Assembly: GCA_963921275.4 (NCBI GenBank)
Contig: OZ001293.3
Span: forward strand, 6,688,001 to 6,752,000
From: an uncultured Hormoscilla sp.
GTDB lineage: Bacteria; Cyanobacteriota; Cyanobacteriia; Cyanobacteriales; Desertifilaceae
Length of the DNA: 64,000 nt
Direction of reading: 5' to 3'
Shown one piece after another: positions 11,850 through 23,687 of the stretch (position 1 is the first letter of the stretch; the number at the start of each line of letters is the position of its first letter). The notes under the pieces were generated by a model. That model did no database searches, was not told the origin of the DNA, and saw nothing but the letters and a program-made list of their open reading frames with translations. The translations under genes and the position numbers were made by a program.

Positions 11850-13337
11850 ATCTACTGCTGAATAGCTATGAGTTTTTCCCGTGCTATTTTGCAGCCTTTA
11901 CTCCCTTGATCGCATAATATTTCTACAGCTTTCTGCATATCCTCGATTACACCTTTTTGGTCTCCCAAGTCTCTGCGTGCATACGTTGTTGTAGGCATCT
12001 GCTAAGTCTGGATCGATTGTAATCGCTTGATTGTAATCTGCGATCGCCCCTGAGTAGTCTCCCAACTGCTTGCGTACCAGACCCTGGTTATTGTAAGCCT
12101 CTGCATAGTCTGGGTTAATTTTTATCGCTTGATTAAAATCGGCGATCGCTCATTTATAATCTCCAAATTCACGGCGTGCAATTCCCATATTGACGTATGC
12201 TTCTGCATAGTCTGGGTTAATTTGTATCGCTTGATTGTAATCTAAAAACGCTGCTTTTGGTTCTCCAAATTTATAGCGTACATACCCCCTATTTTTGTAA
12301 AATTTAGCATATTCTGGGTTGATTTTTATCGCTTGATTAAAATCTGCGATCGCTCCTTTATAGTCTTCCAATTCACGGCGTCCCAGACCCCTCCTGTGCA
12401 TCATCTGGGTTAATTTTAATCGCTTGAGTGTAATCGGCGATCGCCCCTTTATAGTCTTCTAATTCACGGCGTCCCAGACCCCTCCTGTGCATCATCTGGG
12501 TTAATTTTAATTGCTTGAGTGTAATCGGCTATCGCCCCTTAAAAGTCTCCCAATTTACTGCGTACAGACGTAGGCTTTGGCATAGTCTGGGTTAATTTTT
12601 AGCGCCATATTGTAATCGGCGATCGCCCCTTGAAAGTCTCCCAATTCATGGCGTGCATTCCCCTGGTTTAAGTAGGCAAAGGGATGGGGTTTAATGTTGA
12701 TGGCTTGACTGTAAGCCTCCACTGCTTCTGCGTAGCGTTCTAATTCTTCCAGCACATTCCCTCGCAACCAATAAAGTACAGAATCTTTAGGATTGAGAGC
12801 GATCGCCTTATCATAAAATGCCAGCGCCTCTGAGTATCGCTTCAACCAGTAAAGCGCCTCTCCTCGTTGACGCCAAGCATGATATAATTTGGAATTAATT
12901 TCCGTAACTTTATCAAAAGATGCCACAGCTGCTTGATATTCTCCCTGCCACTTCAGTGCCAAACCCCGTGCATACCAAGCTTCATCGAAGTCTGGATTCA
13001 GTTTAATCGCTTTGTCAAAAGCTGCCACCGCCTCCTCGTATTGAAACAACCGCCATAATTGATTGCCATAATTCACTCAATCCTTTGCTTTTGCACCCTT
13101 TGGTGGTTTATTCGCAGTGAATAAAGCCCTCTGAATAGCAGTTATGTCTCCTCTATTCAGTGGCGGGGGTACTAACACCTCTACCTTCAACCACTTAGGT
13201 GATATCTGCGCCCTGCTTGTCAAACTCAAAAACGTCCTGACAGGCACTCCTAAACTATAACCCAACTGAACTCTAGATACTTCTTCTCCCTCCGCTGCGG
13301 CGTGAATGCCAATCACTCGTCCGCGAGAGCGATTCAT
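11850..13337 (-). pseudogene. Fragmented trypsin-like serine protease / TPR protein
   Basis: GRVIGIH protease remnant followed by several TPR fragments (AIADYNQAIKINPDYA-type) in different frames. Confidence 0.75.
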
Positions 13338-13764
13338 CTGTTGTCACCTCCTTTGTAGTTAGCTTGCGCCGCGATACCCTAAAGGGTATCGCTACATGGA
13401 CAAAGCCCGCCTGCGCGGGCTTACCCCTGGGAACGGGTCTGCTGAGGCTCCCGCCTCTGGAAGATCCCGTTCCCTGATTCGATCTCGTTCCCTGGCTCCC
13501 GCCTAGGAACGGGCCTGCTGAGGCTCCCGCCTCTAGTTCGAGATCGTTCCCTGATTGTAGGATTGTCCTTACCATTTGAAGCAACATTCTAGTAAATCCC
13601 CCGTGTTGCCAGAAATTATTTTACCTACAAAATCTGTCTCCTACACACAAGAGGCAGAGCCTCAAAGATAGCATTCCGTGGCTCAGCCACGGAACGAGAA
13701 ATACCCGTCGATTTATCTGTGACTGGTACTGGTGGGCATCGCCCACCCTACGGCACAAATCATT

Positions 13765-14127
13765 TCAAGAAGTTGGGGAATCACTATTAGGAGTTTGGCG
13801 CATCAGATATTGCCATATCCGCTTGATCTCCGCTCGATCCACCTCAGCATGGCGAATCGAATTTTCGAGAGTTAGACCTACAGCATCGACAGTACGAGCT
13901 GTATTATCGACCTGGCGGGATGAATTATCCATAGAGGTTTCCAGGGCAGCGAGTCGCCTGTCTGTTTCTTCGGTAAAGTTTTTGAGCGCAATTTCGAGGG
14001 CAGCGAGACGCCGTTCCGTTTCTTCCGCAACGCGATCGTTCGCAGCGAGACGCCGTTCCGTTTCTTCTGCAAAGCGATCGAGGCGAGTATCTATGCGAGC
14101 GATCGCCTCTGCATGTGCTTGCTGCAT
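13765..14127 (-). CDS. Hypothetical coiled-coil protein with EETERRLAA repeats
   Basis: Three internal EET(E/D)RRLAA repeats; start uncertain. Confidence 0.55.
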   Translation of the reverse strand: MQQAHAEAIARIDTRLDRFAEETERRLAANDRVAEETERRLAALEIALKNFTEETDRRLAALETSMDNSSRQVDNTARTVDAVGLTLENSIRHAEVDRAEIKRIWQYLMRQTPNSDSPTS

Positions 14128-14267
14128 CAGAGCCGTTTGTGCGAGAATCTATTCTATCTGGTCAAGTCTGCTCGTCTATTTTCCTTTTTGTCAGTTATTA
14201 TACTTTTTGATTGGCGCTGGTGGGCGATGCTCACTACAGTTATTGACGATCGGTTATTAGCATTATC

Positions 14268-14861
14268 CTACAATCCGACATTTTCGTATAATTGAAAAAT
14301 AGGACAGCTAAAATTAACGCTAGTTAGGTTAATTTTTAGTTCCGTTTCAGAGAGTGGGGTATTTTACTCAATAAAATAATGAGTCAGTTCCCATTTTCCT
14401 CGCTCGTTCAGTCTATAGCATTCCACGCTCATGCGATCGGGACTAACAAGCACATATTCTTTGAGAGTGCTGATGCGGCGGTAATGAGTGAATTTATCTC
14501 CCCGATCGTAAGCTTCGGTACTGGGAGAAAGAACTTCCACAATCAGGCAAGGATATCTTACCATTTTAATTGCCCTTCTGTCCCGGTCGTCGCAAGTTAC
14601 CATCACATCTGGGTAATGAAATGGACCTTGTTCAGAAATGCCTATTTTTACATCTTCTGATAAAACGAAACACCTTTTATCTCCCAGATGATTCTCCAGC
14701 GCCGTCGTCAGCTTAACAGCAATTCTATTGTGGGGAATAGTCCCTCCCGCCATAGCATAAACGTAGCCATTGACGTATTCGTACTTGATGGGTTGTTGTT
14801 CTTCCCATTCCAGGTACTCCTGGGGAGTCATCTCTGGTAATCTGTCTGAAATTGCTACCAT
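14268..14861 (-). pseudogene. Uma2 family endonuclease-like protein with in-frame TAA at 14364-14366
   Basis: PDVMVTCD...IVEVLSPST...DRGDKF; homology to the neighbouring paralogue continues past the stop to TAG at 14268. Confidence 0.8.
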
Positions 14862-14988
14862 CGTAGTTATCTTTTACCTCTTATCAACATTGGGAACCTA
14901 TGGAGGCTCCCATTTCTCATTTTACCTTGTGATTGGCGCTGGTGGGTGATGCCCACCCTACTATTGATGATAAGCTATTAGCATTCTC

Positions 14989-15591
14989 CTAGAATACTAC
15001 ATCTTCGTATAATTGAGAAATCGGACAGCTAAAATCAACGCTAGTCAGGTTAATTTCCAGTTCTGTTTCTGCTTGGGTAGTTTCCTCAAGCGAATAATGA
15101 GTCAGTTCCCATTTCCTCCGATCGTTCAGGCGGTAGCATTCCACGCTCATGGGATCTGGACTAACAAGCACATATTCTTTGAGAGTGCCGATCCGACGGT
15201 AATGGGTGAATTTATCTCCCCGATCGTAAGTTTCCTTACTGAGTGAAAGAACTTCCACAATCAGACAAGGATATCTTACCATTTTAATTGCCCTTCTGTC
15301 CCGATCGTCCCATGTTACCATCACATCCGGGTAGTGAAATGGACCTTGTTCAGAAATGCCGAGTTTAGCATCTGCCGATAAAACTAAACACCTTTTGCCT
15401 TTCAGGTGATTTTTCAGCGCATTCGTCAGGTTAACGGCAATTCTATTGTGGGGAATAGTTTCGCCCGCCATAGCATAAACCATAGCATAAACGTAGCCAT
15501 TGACGTATTCGTACTTGATGGGTTGTTGTTCTTCCCATTCCAGGTACTCCTGGGGAGTCATCTCTGGTAATCTGTCTGAAATTGCTACCAT
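14989..15591 (-). CDS. Uma2 family endonuclease-like protein (tandem paralogue)
   Basis: Same motifs; N-terminus identical to the 14861 copy; 12-nt internal duplication (YAMVYAM). Confidence 0.85.
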   Translation of the reverse strand: MVAISDRLPEMTPQEYLEWEEQQPIKYEYVNGYVYAMVYAMAGETIPHNRIAVNLTNALKNHLKGKRCLVLSADAKLGISEQGPFHYPDVMVTWDDRDRRAIKMVRYPCLIVEVLSLSKETYDRGDKFTHYRRIGTLKEYVLVSPDPMSVECYRLNDRRKWELTHYSLEETTQAETELEINLTSVDFSCPISQLYEDVVF

Positions 15592-15727
15592 CTTAGTTAT
15601 CTTTTACCTCTTATCAACATTGGGAACGCACAGTCTGAGGCGATCGCCTCTCGTTTCGGGGCTCTAGCCACGGAACGAGGAACTAAGGGTTCGTAGTAAG
15701 CACGAAGCGTGCTTACCATCCATTCTA

Positions 15728-16311
15728 CTATTCATCAGGTGCATTGCGGAAAAAATCCTCCAGATCCACCTTGATATAGGTTTTGCCGGAAACCCCAGAA
15801 TCATGCCCAACGGGCTTACTACTACTACCTTGAATAATTTTGCTGAGCTGATCGAGAATTTGCTCGGAATCATCTTTATGTCGCAGGGTGAATAGCAGGG
15901 TCTCGCAATCCCCATCCTTGACACTCGCCGCACAGATCACGGGTTTATCCTTGCCATTCTTATCTTTCCAAGTGCCATTAGTCATGTAATTGAGAGTGCC
16001 TTTATCGTAGGCTTCCTGAAAGGGAGGCGAGACTTGCTCGCACCGCGTCTTCGCAGGGTAGCCCATAGCTTCAAAAACATCTTTTTCCCAGCGAATCAGA
16101 GCCTTTTTCCCTCTTTGCGCCAAGGGTAAGTCGTGGGTACAGGCTTGCCACTCTGATTGTCGTAACCCTCCCGACAGATAAATGGCCACCCTGAAGCTGA
16201 CGGCGGTGGTAGTTCAGGCGAGGTATAATCTATCTGATTATTCTGATTGCAACTGCTGCTAGCAACTGCCAGTGTTGCTGTCAAGACGGCGATAAATGAT
16301 TGACCTTTCAT
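15728..16311 (-). pseudogene. COP23-domain protein, frameshifted
   Basis: Signal peptide then FIC...PTTY; second frame RCEQVSPPFQ...PVICA...LLFTL typical of COP23. Confidence 0.7.
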
Positions 16312-16948
16312 TATACATATCTTCCTGTTTAAATCCTGCTCGTGTAATCTGCTGCCGTAGGGCTGCTCGTTTGCCTGCCGTGGCCTAGGGTGGGTTACGG
16401 CTGCGCCTAACCCACCGTCGTCCTTAAATCATTTGTTTACTATTATAGTATCTGTCACCCTTTCCTAGGCTCTGCCCGTCCCAGGGGTGCGATCGTCCTC
16501 CATACCTGCTCAAGGCGGACTGTCGGGCTGCGATCGCCCATGTGCTCGCGTCCTATAAGCAATTAGCGAATCCCTAAAAATCGCCACTATAAATGTAGAG
16601 ATGTCCGCCATTGCATCTCTACAGAAGTTGCTATAAATCACATTTCTATGCTAACCAATTTTTCTGGCATTGTCAACCCCTATGCATGATTTTTGGGAAA
16701 AATTAATAATTCAATTAGCTAGTATTTAGGATGGTTGCACAAATAGGGTATGAAACTACTTGCGATCCGAGAAACCCAGTTGTTTGGAAAAACCGGGTTT
16801 CTCGCTTCGGAACGCGACCAAAACGGCCCTAATGGTAAAATATATCGCCCCTAGACTGCTTGCTGAAATTGAGCTTTTGTAGGTTGAGTTGAGGCACGAA
16901 ACCCAACCCGCGAGTCAAACAGTAATGTTGTAGGTTTAGATCGCCTCT

Positions 16949-17593
16949 CTACTGCTGAAATTGAGTCATTAACCAAGTACCTACTTCTGTTTGACTCTGG
17001 GTGCGAGTGCGCCCCAGCGCCTCCGACAACACAGACATTGTCAACCCTGGCAATACCAGAGACTCAGTTATCTGTCTGCTACCCCGATCGACCATAGAAA
17101 AAGCGAGGATACGTACATGCTGCACGTCAACTATCCAATATTCACCAACTCCGAGTTCTTCATACAGCATCCGTTTTTTGCCCCGATCGTCAGCAAGTGA
17201 AGTTAAGCTAACTTCGATAGCCAAGTCAGGAGGCGGATAAACATCCAGGTTAATAATAGATGTGCCCCAAGGAACCACTTGGAAGTTATTTCCAATGTAA
17301 TAGGATACATCAGGTTGACATTCTGCTGTCCCCATTTTGCGGTAACTACAGTTAGTTAAACCTTTAAGCGGAATGCCCGTGATAATGCCAAACAAATTGA
17401 CGGCTAAAGAGATAATCGTGTTATCGCTGGAATGGTCATGACCTACAGGTGACATTTCAATCCTCAGTTCTCCTTGGTGATAGTAGCATTTGGCTTTTTC
17501 ATCAACTTCTTCTGAATCGATAATCTGGATGTATTCTTCCCAAGGGGCTGTCATCCAGGTGTCAGTGGAGATTTTGGTTTGTAATTTGCTCAT
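16949..17593 (-). CDS. Uma2 family endonuclease-like protein
   Basis: QPDVSYYIG...PPDLAIEVS...YEELGVGEYWIVDV. Confidence 0.9.
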   Translation of the reverse strand: MSKLQTKISTDTWMTAPWEEYIQIIDSEEVDEKAKCYYHQGELRIEMSPVGHDHSSDNTIISLAVNLFGIITGIPLKGLTNCSYRKMGTAECQPDVSYYIGNNFQVVPWGTSIINLDVYPPPDLAIEVSLTSLADDRGKKRMLYEELGVGEYWIVDVQHVRILAFSMVDRGSRQITESLVLPGLTMSVLSEALGRTRTQSQTEVGTWLMTQFQQ

Positions 17594-17691
17594 TAGCTTA
17601 TCCCATTTGCGATTTGTAATCTCTCGTTCCCAGGTTCTACCTGGGAATGTGCGGCTGGAGGCAGAGCCTCTAGAATCGCTCTTCTCCTATG

Positions 17692-18486
17692 TTATAACAA
17701 ATTGAGGAACTTTTCCAGGGCATCCACCATTAAAGGAGGCCAGCGTCGAACATTGCGCACCCAATCTAAATCTTGATAGCGCCCATCTAGGCCCACAACT
17801 GCCACCCAGTTACTTTCAGCTTCACCTACTTTACCTTCTGCCCAAAGTACGGCTGTTAAGGCGGCCCGCATATCGGCAAATTGCGGATATTTTCTCACTA
17901 AGTTCCGCATGGTGCGCGTCGCCTCTTTCTGCTTCCCCGCTTGATACAATGCTAGGGCGTAATTTGTCCGGGCAAAGGCATAATCAGGATCTAACTCAAA
18001 GGCTTTTTGTAAATCGGCGATCGCCCCTTGCCAATCACCCAATCCGCTTTTCGCATTACCTCGGTTATTATATGCCTCAGCATCGTCCAGTTCCAGCACC
18101 CGCTCGTAATCCGCGATCGCCTTTTGCCACATACCCAAGGCTTCCCAAGCGATACCACGATTCAGATAAGGGTCCGTAACATTGGGTGCTAATTCCACAG
18201 CCTTGTTATAATCAGCCAAAGCCTCATCTAACTTATTCTGGCTCAGGCGGATATTCCCACGGTTACTCAAAATAGCTGGGTTATCTGGAGCTATTTCCAG
18301 CATCTGGGTCAAATATAGCTCCGCCTGGGCAAAATCGGACTCGGCGATCGCCCCAAAAGCTTTTTGATTTAAGGCATACAGTTGGGTAAATTGGGATTGA
18401 GAGATGCTAGACTGGGCCAATGTAACTGGCCAGGCCAATCCCATGACCAGGAAAATCGTGAAAATTGTCAGAAAGAAACGTTTCAT
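17692..18486 (-). CDS. TPR protein with signal peptide
   Basis: Multiple TPRs and C-terminal [13 protein letters not shown]...RRWPP motif; 4-nt overlap with ruvB. Confidence 0.85.
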   Translation of the reverse strand: MKRFFLTIFTIFLVMGLAWPVTLAQSSISQSQFTQLYALNQKAFGAIAESDFAQAELYLTQMLEIAPDNPAILSNRGNIRLSQNKLDEALADYNKAVELAPNVTDPYLNRGIAWEALGMWQKAIADYERVLELDDAEAYNNRGNAKSGLGDWQGAIADLQKAFELDPDYAFARTNYALALYQAGKQKEATRTMRNLVRKYPQFADMRAALTAVLWAEGKVGEAESNWVAVVGLDGRYQDLDWVRNVRRWPPLMVDALEKFLNLL

Positions 18487-19601
18487 TGCGAATAATTAAT
18501 GGTGAATAACGGTAATCTATTTGGATTATCGTAACCCAAATGTTTCCAAGCAGCCGGAGTTGCCACACGTCCTCGGTGAGTCCGCTGCAAGAAGCCAATC
18601 TGCAACAGATAAGGTTCGTAAACCTCTTCAATATTATGGGCATCTTCTCTAATTGCCGCCGATAAAGTTTCTAAACCGACGGGTCCGCCATGAAAATTTT
18701 CAATCATCGCAGTCAGAATCAGTCGGTCTGTCCAGTCGAGACCGCAAGAGTCAACATTGTACATTTCTAAAGCCTCAGCAGCAAGTTCTTGAGTAATTGG
18801 TAAACTAGCTTTAACCTGGACATAATCTCGCACTCGTCTCAAGAGGCGGTTAGCAATGCGGGGAGTACCCCGGGCGCGACGGGCAATTTCAGTAGCCCCC
18901 TCGGGGGTAATCCCAGCCTGTAAAATATTAGCAGTTCTCAGCACGATCTGAGTCAGTTCATCCAGATCGTAGAAGCGCAGTCGGTGCAGCAAACCGAAGC
19001 GATCGCGCAAAGGAGAAGTCAGGGTCCCCACGCGAGTCGTCGCCCCCACGAGAGTAAAAGGTTTCAGGGGAATGGTGCGAGTAGAGGCAGATTTCCCCTT
19101 ACCAATAGTAATTTGTAAGTGAAAATCCTCCATGGCCGGGTAAAGCAGTTCCTCAGTTACTCGGGACAGGCGATGAATTTCATCCACAAACAGCACGTCA
19201 CCAGATTGCAAACTCACCAGCAAACCCACAATATCGCGGGGTCGTTCCAAAGCGGGTGCCGCAGTAATTTTGCAATTCACACCCATTTCCGAAGCGATAA
19301 TCAAAGACATGGTAGTTTTGCCCAAACCCGGCGGACCGTAAAGCAGCAGGTGATCCAGACTTTCATTTCTCGCTTTAGCTGCTTGCATAGCAATATTCAG
19401 AATATCCTTCAGTTCAGTTTGCCCAATATAGTCAGCCAGTCGATGGGGGCGCAGTTTTTCTTCCTGCTTTTCCGTCTCCTCCACCTGGGCTTCCGGCTGT
19501 AAGAGCTGTGATTCGTCATTGCCTGGCGGTTTCTTTTTATCCGTCTTCCCCTTGCGCTCTTTCGGTTTGCCAGACTGTTGGTAAGAAGATTGGATTGCCA
19601 T
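18483..19601 (-). CDS. ruvB: Holliday junction branch migration helicase RuvB
   Basis: LRP...YIGQ, Walker [40 protein letters not shown]. Confidence 0.98.
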   Translation of the reverse strand: MAIQSSYQQSGKPKERKGKTDKKKPPGNDESQLLQPEAQVEETEKQEEKLRPHRLADYIGQTELKDILNIAMQAAKARNESLDHLLLYGPPGLGKTTMSLIIASEMGVNCKITAAPALERPRDIVGLLVSLQSGDVLFVDEIHRLSRVTEELLYPAMEDFHLQITIGKGKSASTRTIPLKPFTLVGATTRVGTLTSPLRDRFGLLHRLRFYDLDELTQIVLRTANILQAGITPEGATEIARRARGTPRIANRLLRRVRDYVQVKASLPITQELAAEALEMYNVDSCGLDWTDRLILTAMIENFHGGPVGLETLSAAIREDAHNIEEVYEPYLLQIGFLQRTHRGRVATPAAWKHLGYDNPNRLPLFTINYSQ

Positions 19602-19640
19602 GATTACAATAGGAATATACCAGATATAGCTTAAACTACA

Positions 19641-20240
19641 ATGTCTGATTCTACTTTGACCATCCCTGACAACCTGACCTTTCAGGACGCGATCGCCCTC
19701 ACCCAGTCTTTGCTCGCCCAGCTAGAACAGGGTAAATTATCTGAACCAGAGATCCAAGAAGCGATCGCCTCTCTGGTCAGCACCTTACCTGGCGCTCGGG
19801 GATTTTTCGTAACTTATTTAACAGACGAGCGACCTTTTGCAGATAATCAGACTCCTGCGGTCATTGATGCCTTACGTCATAATACGGAAACAATAGCAGA
19901 TATAATAGTAAAAAATATCGCCATGTCAACGGCAATGGCCATTACTCATCAACGGAATCAAGACGAGGAGATGGCCACCAGTTCCCAAAGAGTGCGATCG
20001 CGCAGTGCCAAGATAATTAAACTATTACAGCTGCCTGAGGTGCAAGAGCGATCGCAGCAGTTATATGCCAGCGCCACCACAGGCAATGGCAGTTACCAGG
20101 AATTTTTGTCACGCTGGGGTTACGATCCAGAACAACGACAGGCGATCGCTCTGGCATTAGAACCTCTAACCCAACAAGGAAACAAACCGGCGTTGCACAT
20201 TCTTGGGATGATGGTTGATAATTTTCGCGATGAAAGCTAA
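19641..20240 (+). CDS. Conserved cyanobacterial hypothetical protein; C-terminus now supplied by a MITE
   Basis: [11 protein letters not shown]...FLSRWGYD; the last 16 codons lie inside the 20189-20341 insertion. Confidence 0.75.
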   Translation: MSDSTLTIPDNLTFQDAIALTQSLLAQLEQGKLSEPEIQEAIASLVSTLPGARGFFVTYLTDERPFADNQTPAVIDALRHNTETIADIIVKNIAMSTAMAITHQRNQDEEMATSSQRVRSRSAKIIKLLQLPEVQERSQQLYASATTGNGSYQEFLSRWGYDPEQRQAIALALEPLTQQGNKPALHILGMMVDNFRDES

Positions 20241-20341
20241 TTGCTAATTGCTAATTGATATAAAAAGTCATTAATAGGCATATATGACTAGTGGATTATC
20301 TCTTATCAACAACTCCTATCATCCCGTAATTGTGCAACGCC
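20189..20341. mobile_element. MITE, GGCGTTGCAC-ended family, 153 bp
   Basis: Inverted ends GGCGTTGCACA...TGTGCAACGCC; GGAAACAAACC duplicated at 20178-20188 and 20342-20352. Confidence 0.85.
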
Positions 20342-20424
20342 GGAAACAAACCTATAGAGAATCCATCTGAGAATATAGAAGATACCTTAAACAGGGTGCG
20401 TTAGACAAGTAAGAGAATAAACCT

Positions 20425-20850
20425 ATGCTGAAGATACGTCCTGGGATAATTTTAACCACAGTAGCGGCAATGATGTTCAGTACTGCCGCCCGGGGGAACC
20501 CAAAAGTCGTGGAAATCGTGCCCACTTTTGAACCAGATCCACTAGAACTGACTAGGGGGACATCTATAGGATCGAGCAGTAATAACTGTGCTAACCTTGC
20601 TTCAGAGCCTAATATCGTCGTCCAGCTCACGCAAGACATTAGTTCAATGCGTTTTATTCTCGAAAGTGCAGTCGGTCAACCAATCCTCAAGATTGACGGC
20701 CCCAATAGCATCCCCTGCCTGATGGCGGACAGCTTCTCTGGGGGTAAGATAGAAGTGCCGGGATATTGGCCCCAGGGGACATACTCTATTTATATAGGCG
20801 ATCGGGCGTCCGGCCCTCAAGACTATACCCTGTCCATCTCTTCCCAATAA
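20425..20850 (+). CDS. Hypothetical exported protein
   Basis: Signal peptide; PGYWPQGTYSIYIGD motif. Confidence 0.7.
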   Translation: MLKIRPGIILTTVAAMMFSTAARGNPKVVEIVPTFEPDPLELTRGTSIGSSSNNCANLASEPNIVVQLTQDISSMRFILESAVGQPILKIDGPNSIPCLMADSFSGGKIEVPGYWPQGTYSIYIGDRASGPQDYTLSISSQ

Positions 20851-20879
20851 AATGAAGTCAGCAAGGAGTAAGTGTCAGG

Positions 20880-21035
20880 ATGAACAGAGAATTTAACGTC
20901 ATCATCGAGAAGGATTCTCAGGGCTACTTAGTTGCTTCTGTGCCAAGTCTTCCTGGATGTCATACACAAGCAAAGTCTTTAGATCAACTTATGGGACAGG
21001 GAGACGCCCGGACTACGAATCCTCCAGCTGTTTGA
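20880..21035 (+). pseudogene. HicB-like antitoxin fragment (51 aa)
   Basis: MNREFNVIIEKDSQGYLVASVPSLPGCHTQAKSLDQLM, then similarity is lost. Confidence 0.65.
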
Positions 21036-21396
21036 CTGAGACATCAACAGCATCCACATCTATTGTGCCGCTAGGGGTCAGGCGACTAAAACTACCTTTT
21101 TCCACCAGGAGAGGTTCCCCACAGTTAGGGCACTGGCACTGAGTCCGATTCAAAGCCATGAATTCATGGCCGCATACAGGGCACCCATCCGATATCAGGT
21201 TGCGTTTCAGCCACCAGCGGGCCCCCAGAAACAAAATCACTGGGGAAATGGAAACCAAGGCGATTAAAATCAAGAATGAGTTGACCAACCAGCCCAGACC
21301 AACGGCACTGAGTAACCAAAACACCCCAAAGACAGCAAGCCAAAAGCCAAGGCTAGAAAGATTGAATTGGATATTCTTGAAGCCGTCTCGGTTCAC
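21013..21396 (-). CDS. Membrane protein with CxxC...CxxC zinc ribbon
   Basis: Two hydrophobic segments, CPVC...CPNC, TIDV tail. Confidence 0.8.
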   Translation of the reverse strand: MNRDGFKNIQFNLSSLGFWLAVFGVFWLLSAVGLGWLVNSFLILIALVSISPVILFLGARWWLKRNLISDGCPVCGHEFMALNRTQCQCPNCGEPLLVEKGSFSRLTPSGTIDVDAVDVSVKQLEDS

Positions 21397-21471
21397 GATC
21401 TTCTCCTTTGGGGTACATGCATCTTCAATTATTTCTATCCTAGCTAGATTCGTCGGGATCGAGCAGTTCTG

Positions 21472-22198
21472 CTAATCGCTTGGTGAAGGCCCCTTTCCCA
21501 AAGGCCCCGATCGCCTCTTGTCGCAACTACTCCCCATCGCAGCGAATATCCCCTCCTTTAAGGATTTGGATACAAGCCGCCGCCATCGCTTCCGGGTCCC
21601 GGTGAGGCACCTGCCAGCCCAGGCGTCCATCCTGCAAGGGGTCAGCCGAACCATCCCCATCACCGGCTAGCACCGGCACCCCGCAAGCCATTGCCTCCAA
21701 GTACAGGATCCCAAATCCTTCCTAGGATGGCATTATGTAGGCATCCGCTAAGCGGTAATGGTCTACCAACTCTTCTGTGGGCACAAAACCCGCAAATATT
21801 ACCCGATCGCCCACCCCCAAATCCTGGGCCAATTTTTCTAACCTAGGTCGATCATCCCCCCGTCCGATTACTAAATACTTGACTTCTCGAAAGACTTGTG
21901 CTACTTTTGGTAAAGCACGAATAGTGACATCCACCCCCTTGTAGATATCACCTGACCACAGCCGCGCCACAGTCATTAACACCTTAGATCCTGCCAGATT
22001 ATACTTTTCTACCAAAGCCTGGGATTTAGGACCAGAGGTAAATGCATCCCCATCCACAAGCTCTCAGCAGATTCTGGTTGTAGGATTGAATGCCGCCTTC
22101 CGCTGCAAAAAGCTCTAAGAAGACAAAGACATACTTGCTCCTTGCACTGATAGTTTGCTCCAACTCTTTCCTAGCTCCCACAGAATACTAATATGGCA
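21472..22198 (-). pseudogene. GT4 glycosyltransferase with large internal deletion and stop
   Basis: YKGVDVTIRAL...YRLADAYIMPS*EGFGILYLEAMACG; N-terminal EGGIQSY fragment joined directly to the C-terminal domain. Confidence 0.75.
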
Positions 22199-22200
22199 TA

Positions 22201-23196
22201 TTATGTTGCCCGTTGTACCTCAGGCGCGATCGCCTCTGTTTGCAAGCGTTCCAAGTCATGGAACACCATTTTCTCCACCAACTGCTCAAAGCTGACTTGT
22301 GGTTGCCAACCCAGCTGGCGTTTAGCTTTAAGAGGGTCCGCCACCAGATGAAAATGTTCGTCCGCGCGCAGGAATTTCGGGTTAACCACCACATAGCGCT
22401 GCCAGTCCAGTCCCACACAATCAAAAGCTGTCGCTACCAATTCTCGCACAGTATGCAGTTTCCCAGTACCAATCACGTATTCTTCTGGAACATCGACTTG
22501 CAGCATCCGCCACATCGCTTCCACGTGATCCCCAGCATAGCCCCAGTCTCGTTTCGCATCCAGGCTGCCCATTTCCAGCACCTCGCTTAACCCCAGCTTA
22601 ATTGACGCCGCCGCCATTGACACCTTGCGAGTCACGAAGCTAGGAGGTCTCCTGGGGGATTCATGATTGTACAAAATGCCGCTACAAGCAAACAAACCAT
22701 AGTGCTGTCGGTGATGCACCATCGTCCAGTGGGCGTGTAACTTCGCTGCTGCATAGGGGTTCTTTGGGCGAAAGGGGGTATTCTCGTCCTGGGGCGATCG
22801 GTCCACTTGGCCAAACATCTCCGAACTGCTAGCTTGATAGAAGCGGGCATCCAGACCCACCTCCCGCACCGCTGCCAATAGTCTGGTAGCGGTACCCGTG
22901 ACTAAGTCTAGCGTTCCCAAGGGGTCATTCCACGAGTCCGGCACGAAACTGGGCGCGGCCAGATTGTAAATTTCATCAGGATGTCGCTGTTCGACCACCT
23001 CTTTTAGGGCCTCACTGTCAGTCAAGTCTACCGCATAAATCTCTACCTGGTTCGCTAGGGCACCTAGCTTTACCACGCTACTTTGTCGTTCCGGTAGCAT
23101 TAACCCCAGTACCCGGTAGCCTTTCGACAACAGCAATTCGCTCAGATAATAGCCATCTTGACCTGTTATTCCCGCGATCAGCGCTGTTTTCGTCAT
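22201..23196 (-). CDS. gmd: GDP-mannose 4,6-dehydratase family
   Basis: GITGQDG, YNLAA, QASSSEMFG, PYAAAK, NHESPRR, FVTRK, RDWG. Confidence 0.9.
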   Translation of the reverse strand: MTKTALIAGITGQDGYYLSELLLSKGYRVLGLMLPERQSSVVKLGALANQVEIYAVDLTDSEALKEVVEQRHPDEIYNLAAPSFVPDSWNDPLGTLDLVTGTATRLLAAVREVGLDARFYQASSSEMFGQVDRSPQDENTPFRPKNPYAAAKLHAHWTMVHHRQHYGLFACSGILYNHESPRRPPSFVTRKVSMAAASIKLGLSEVLEMGSLDAKRDWGYAGDHVEAMWRMLQVDVPEEYVIGTGKLHTVRELVATAFDCVGLDWQRYVVVNPKFLRADEHFHLVADPLKAKRQLGWQPQVSFEQLVEKMVFHDLERLQTEAIAPEVQRAT

Positions 23197-23255
23197 TCTT
23201 TATCTCCCCATCTCCTACCGCTATAGCTACTTCCACTTTGCCTTTGATTCCTGCA

Positions 23256-23654
23256 TTCGTGATAACGGCATTGGCATAGCACTAGATATCTGCGATCCCA
23301 TCTTCAATCCCTTATTTATCACTAAACCGACAGGAGAAGGCACGGGCTTGGGGTTATCCTTGACCCATGATATCATTGTCGGACAGCACCGAGGCAGTAT
23401 TAAAGTAGAAAGTCAACTGGCAATAGTCCGGACAGTTTTGGTGACGTGGCTGTAAGGCTTGCAGCGTCAGTCTTGGATCGATAGAGCAATTAAGAGCAAG
23501 TTAGCCCTGGGGCTGACATTGAAAAAAATGAGGCCAGTAGGCCGCAACCCTTACCCTGTGGTCGTTATGGGGTCTAAAAACTGTCCGGAGTATTGAACTG
23601 GGAGAAATGACAGAATTTATTCTCACTTTACCTACCAATGGGGCTTATATTTAA
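23256..23654 (+). pseudogene. Histidine kinase HATPase C-terminal remnant interrupted by a MITE
   Basis: IRDNGIGI...TKPTGEGTGLGLSLTHDII...ESQLG-EMTEFILTLP after removing 23421-23595 and one TSD copy. Confidence 0.75.
23421..23595. mobile_element. MITE, 175 bp, 6-bp TSD
   Basis: TIR CAATA(G/C)TCCGGACAGTTTT; AACTGG at 23415-23420 and 23596-23601. Confidence 0.85.
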
Positions 23655-23687
23655 GAACGAGAATCTAAATGCAGTAGGAAAAAGGCT

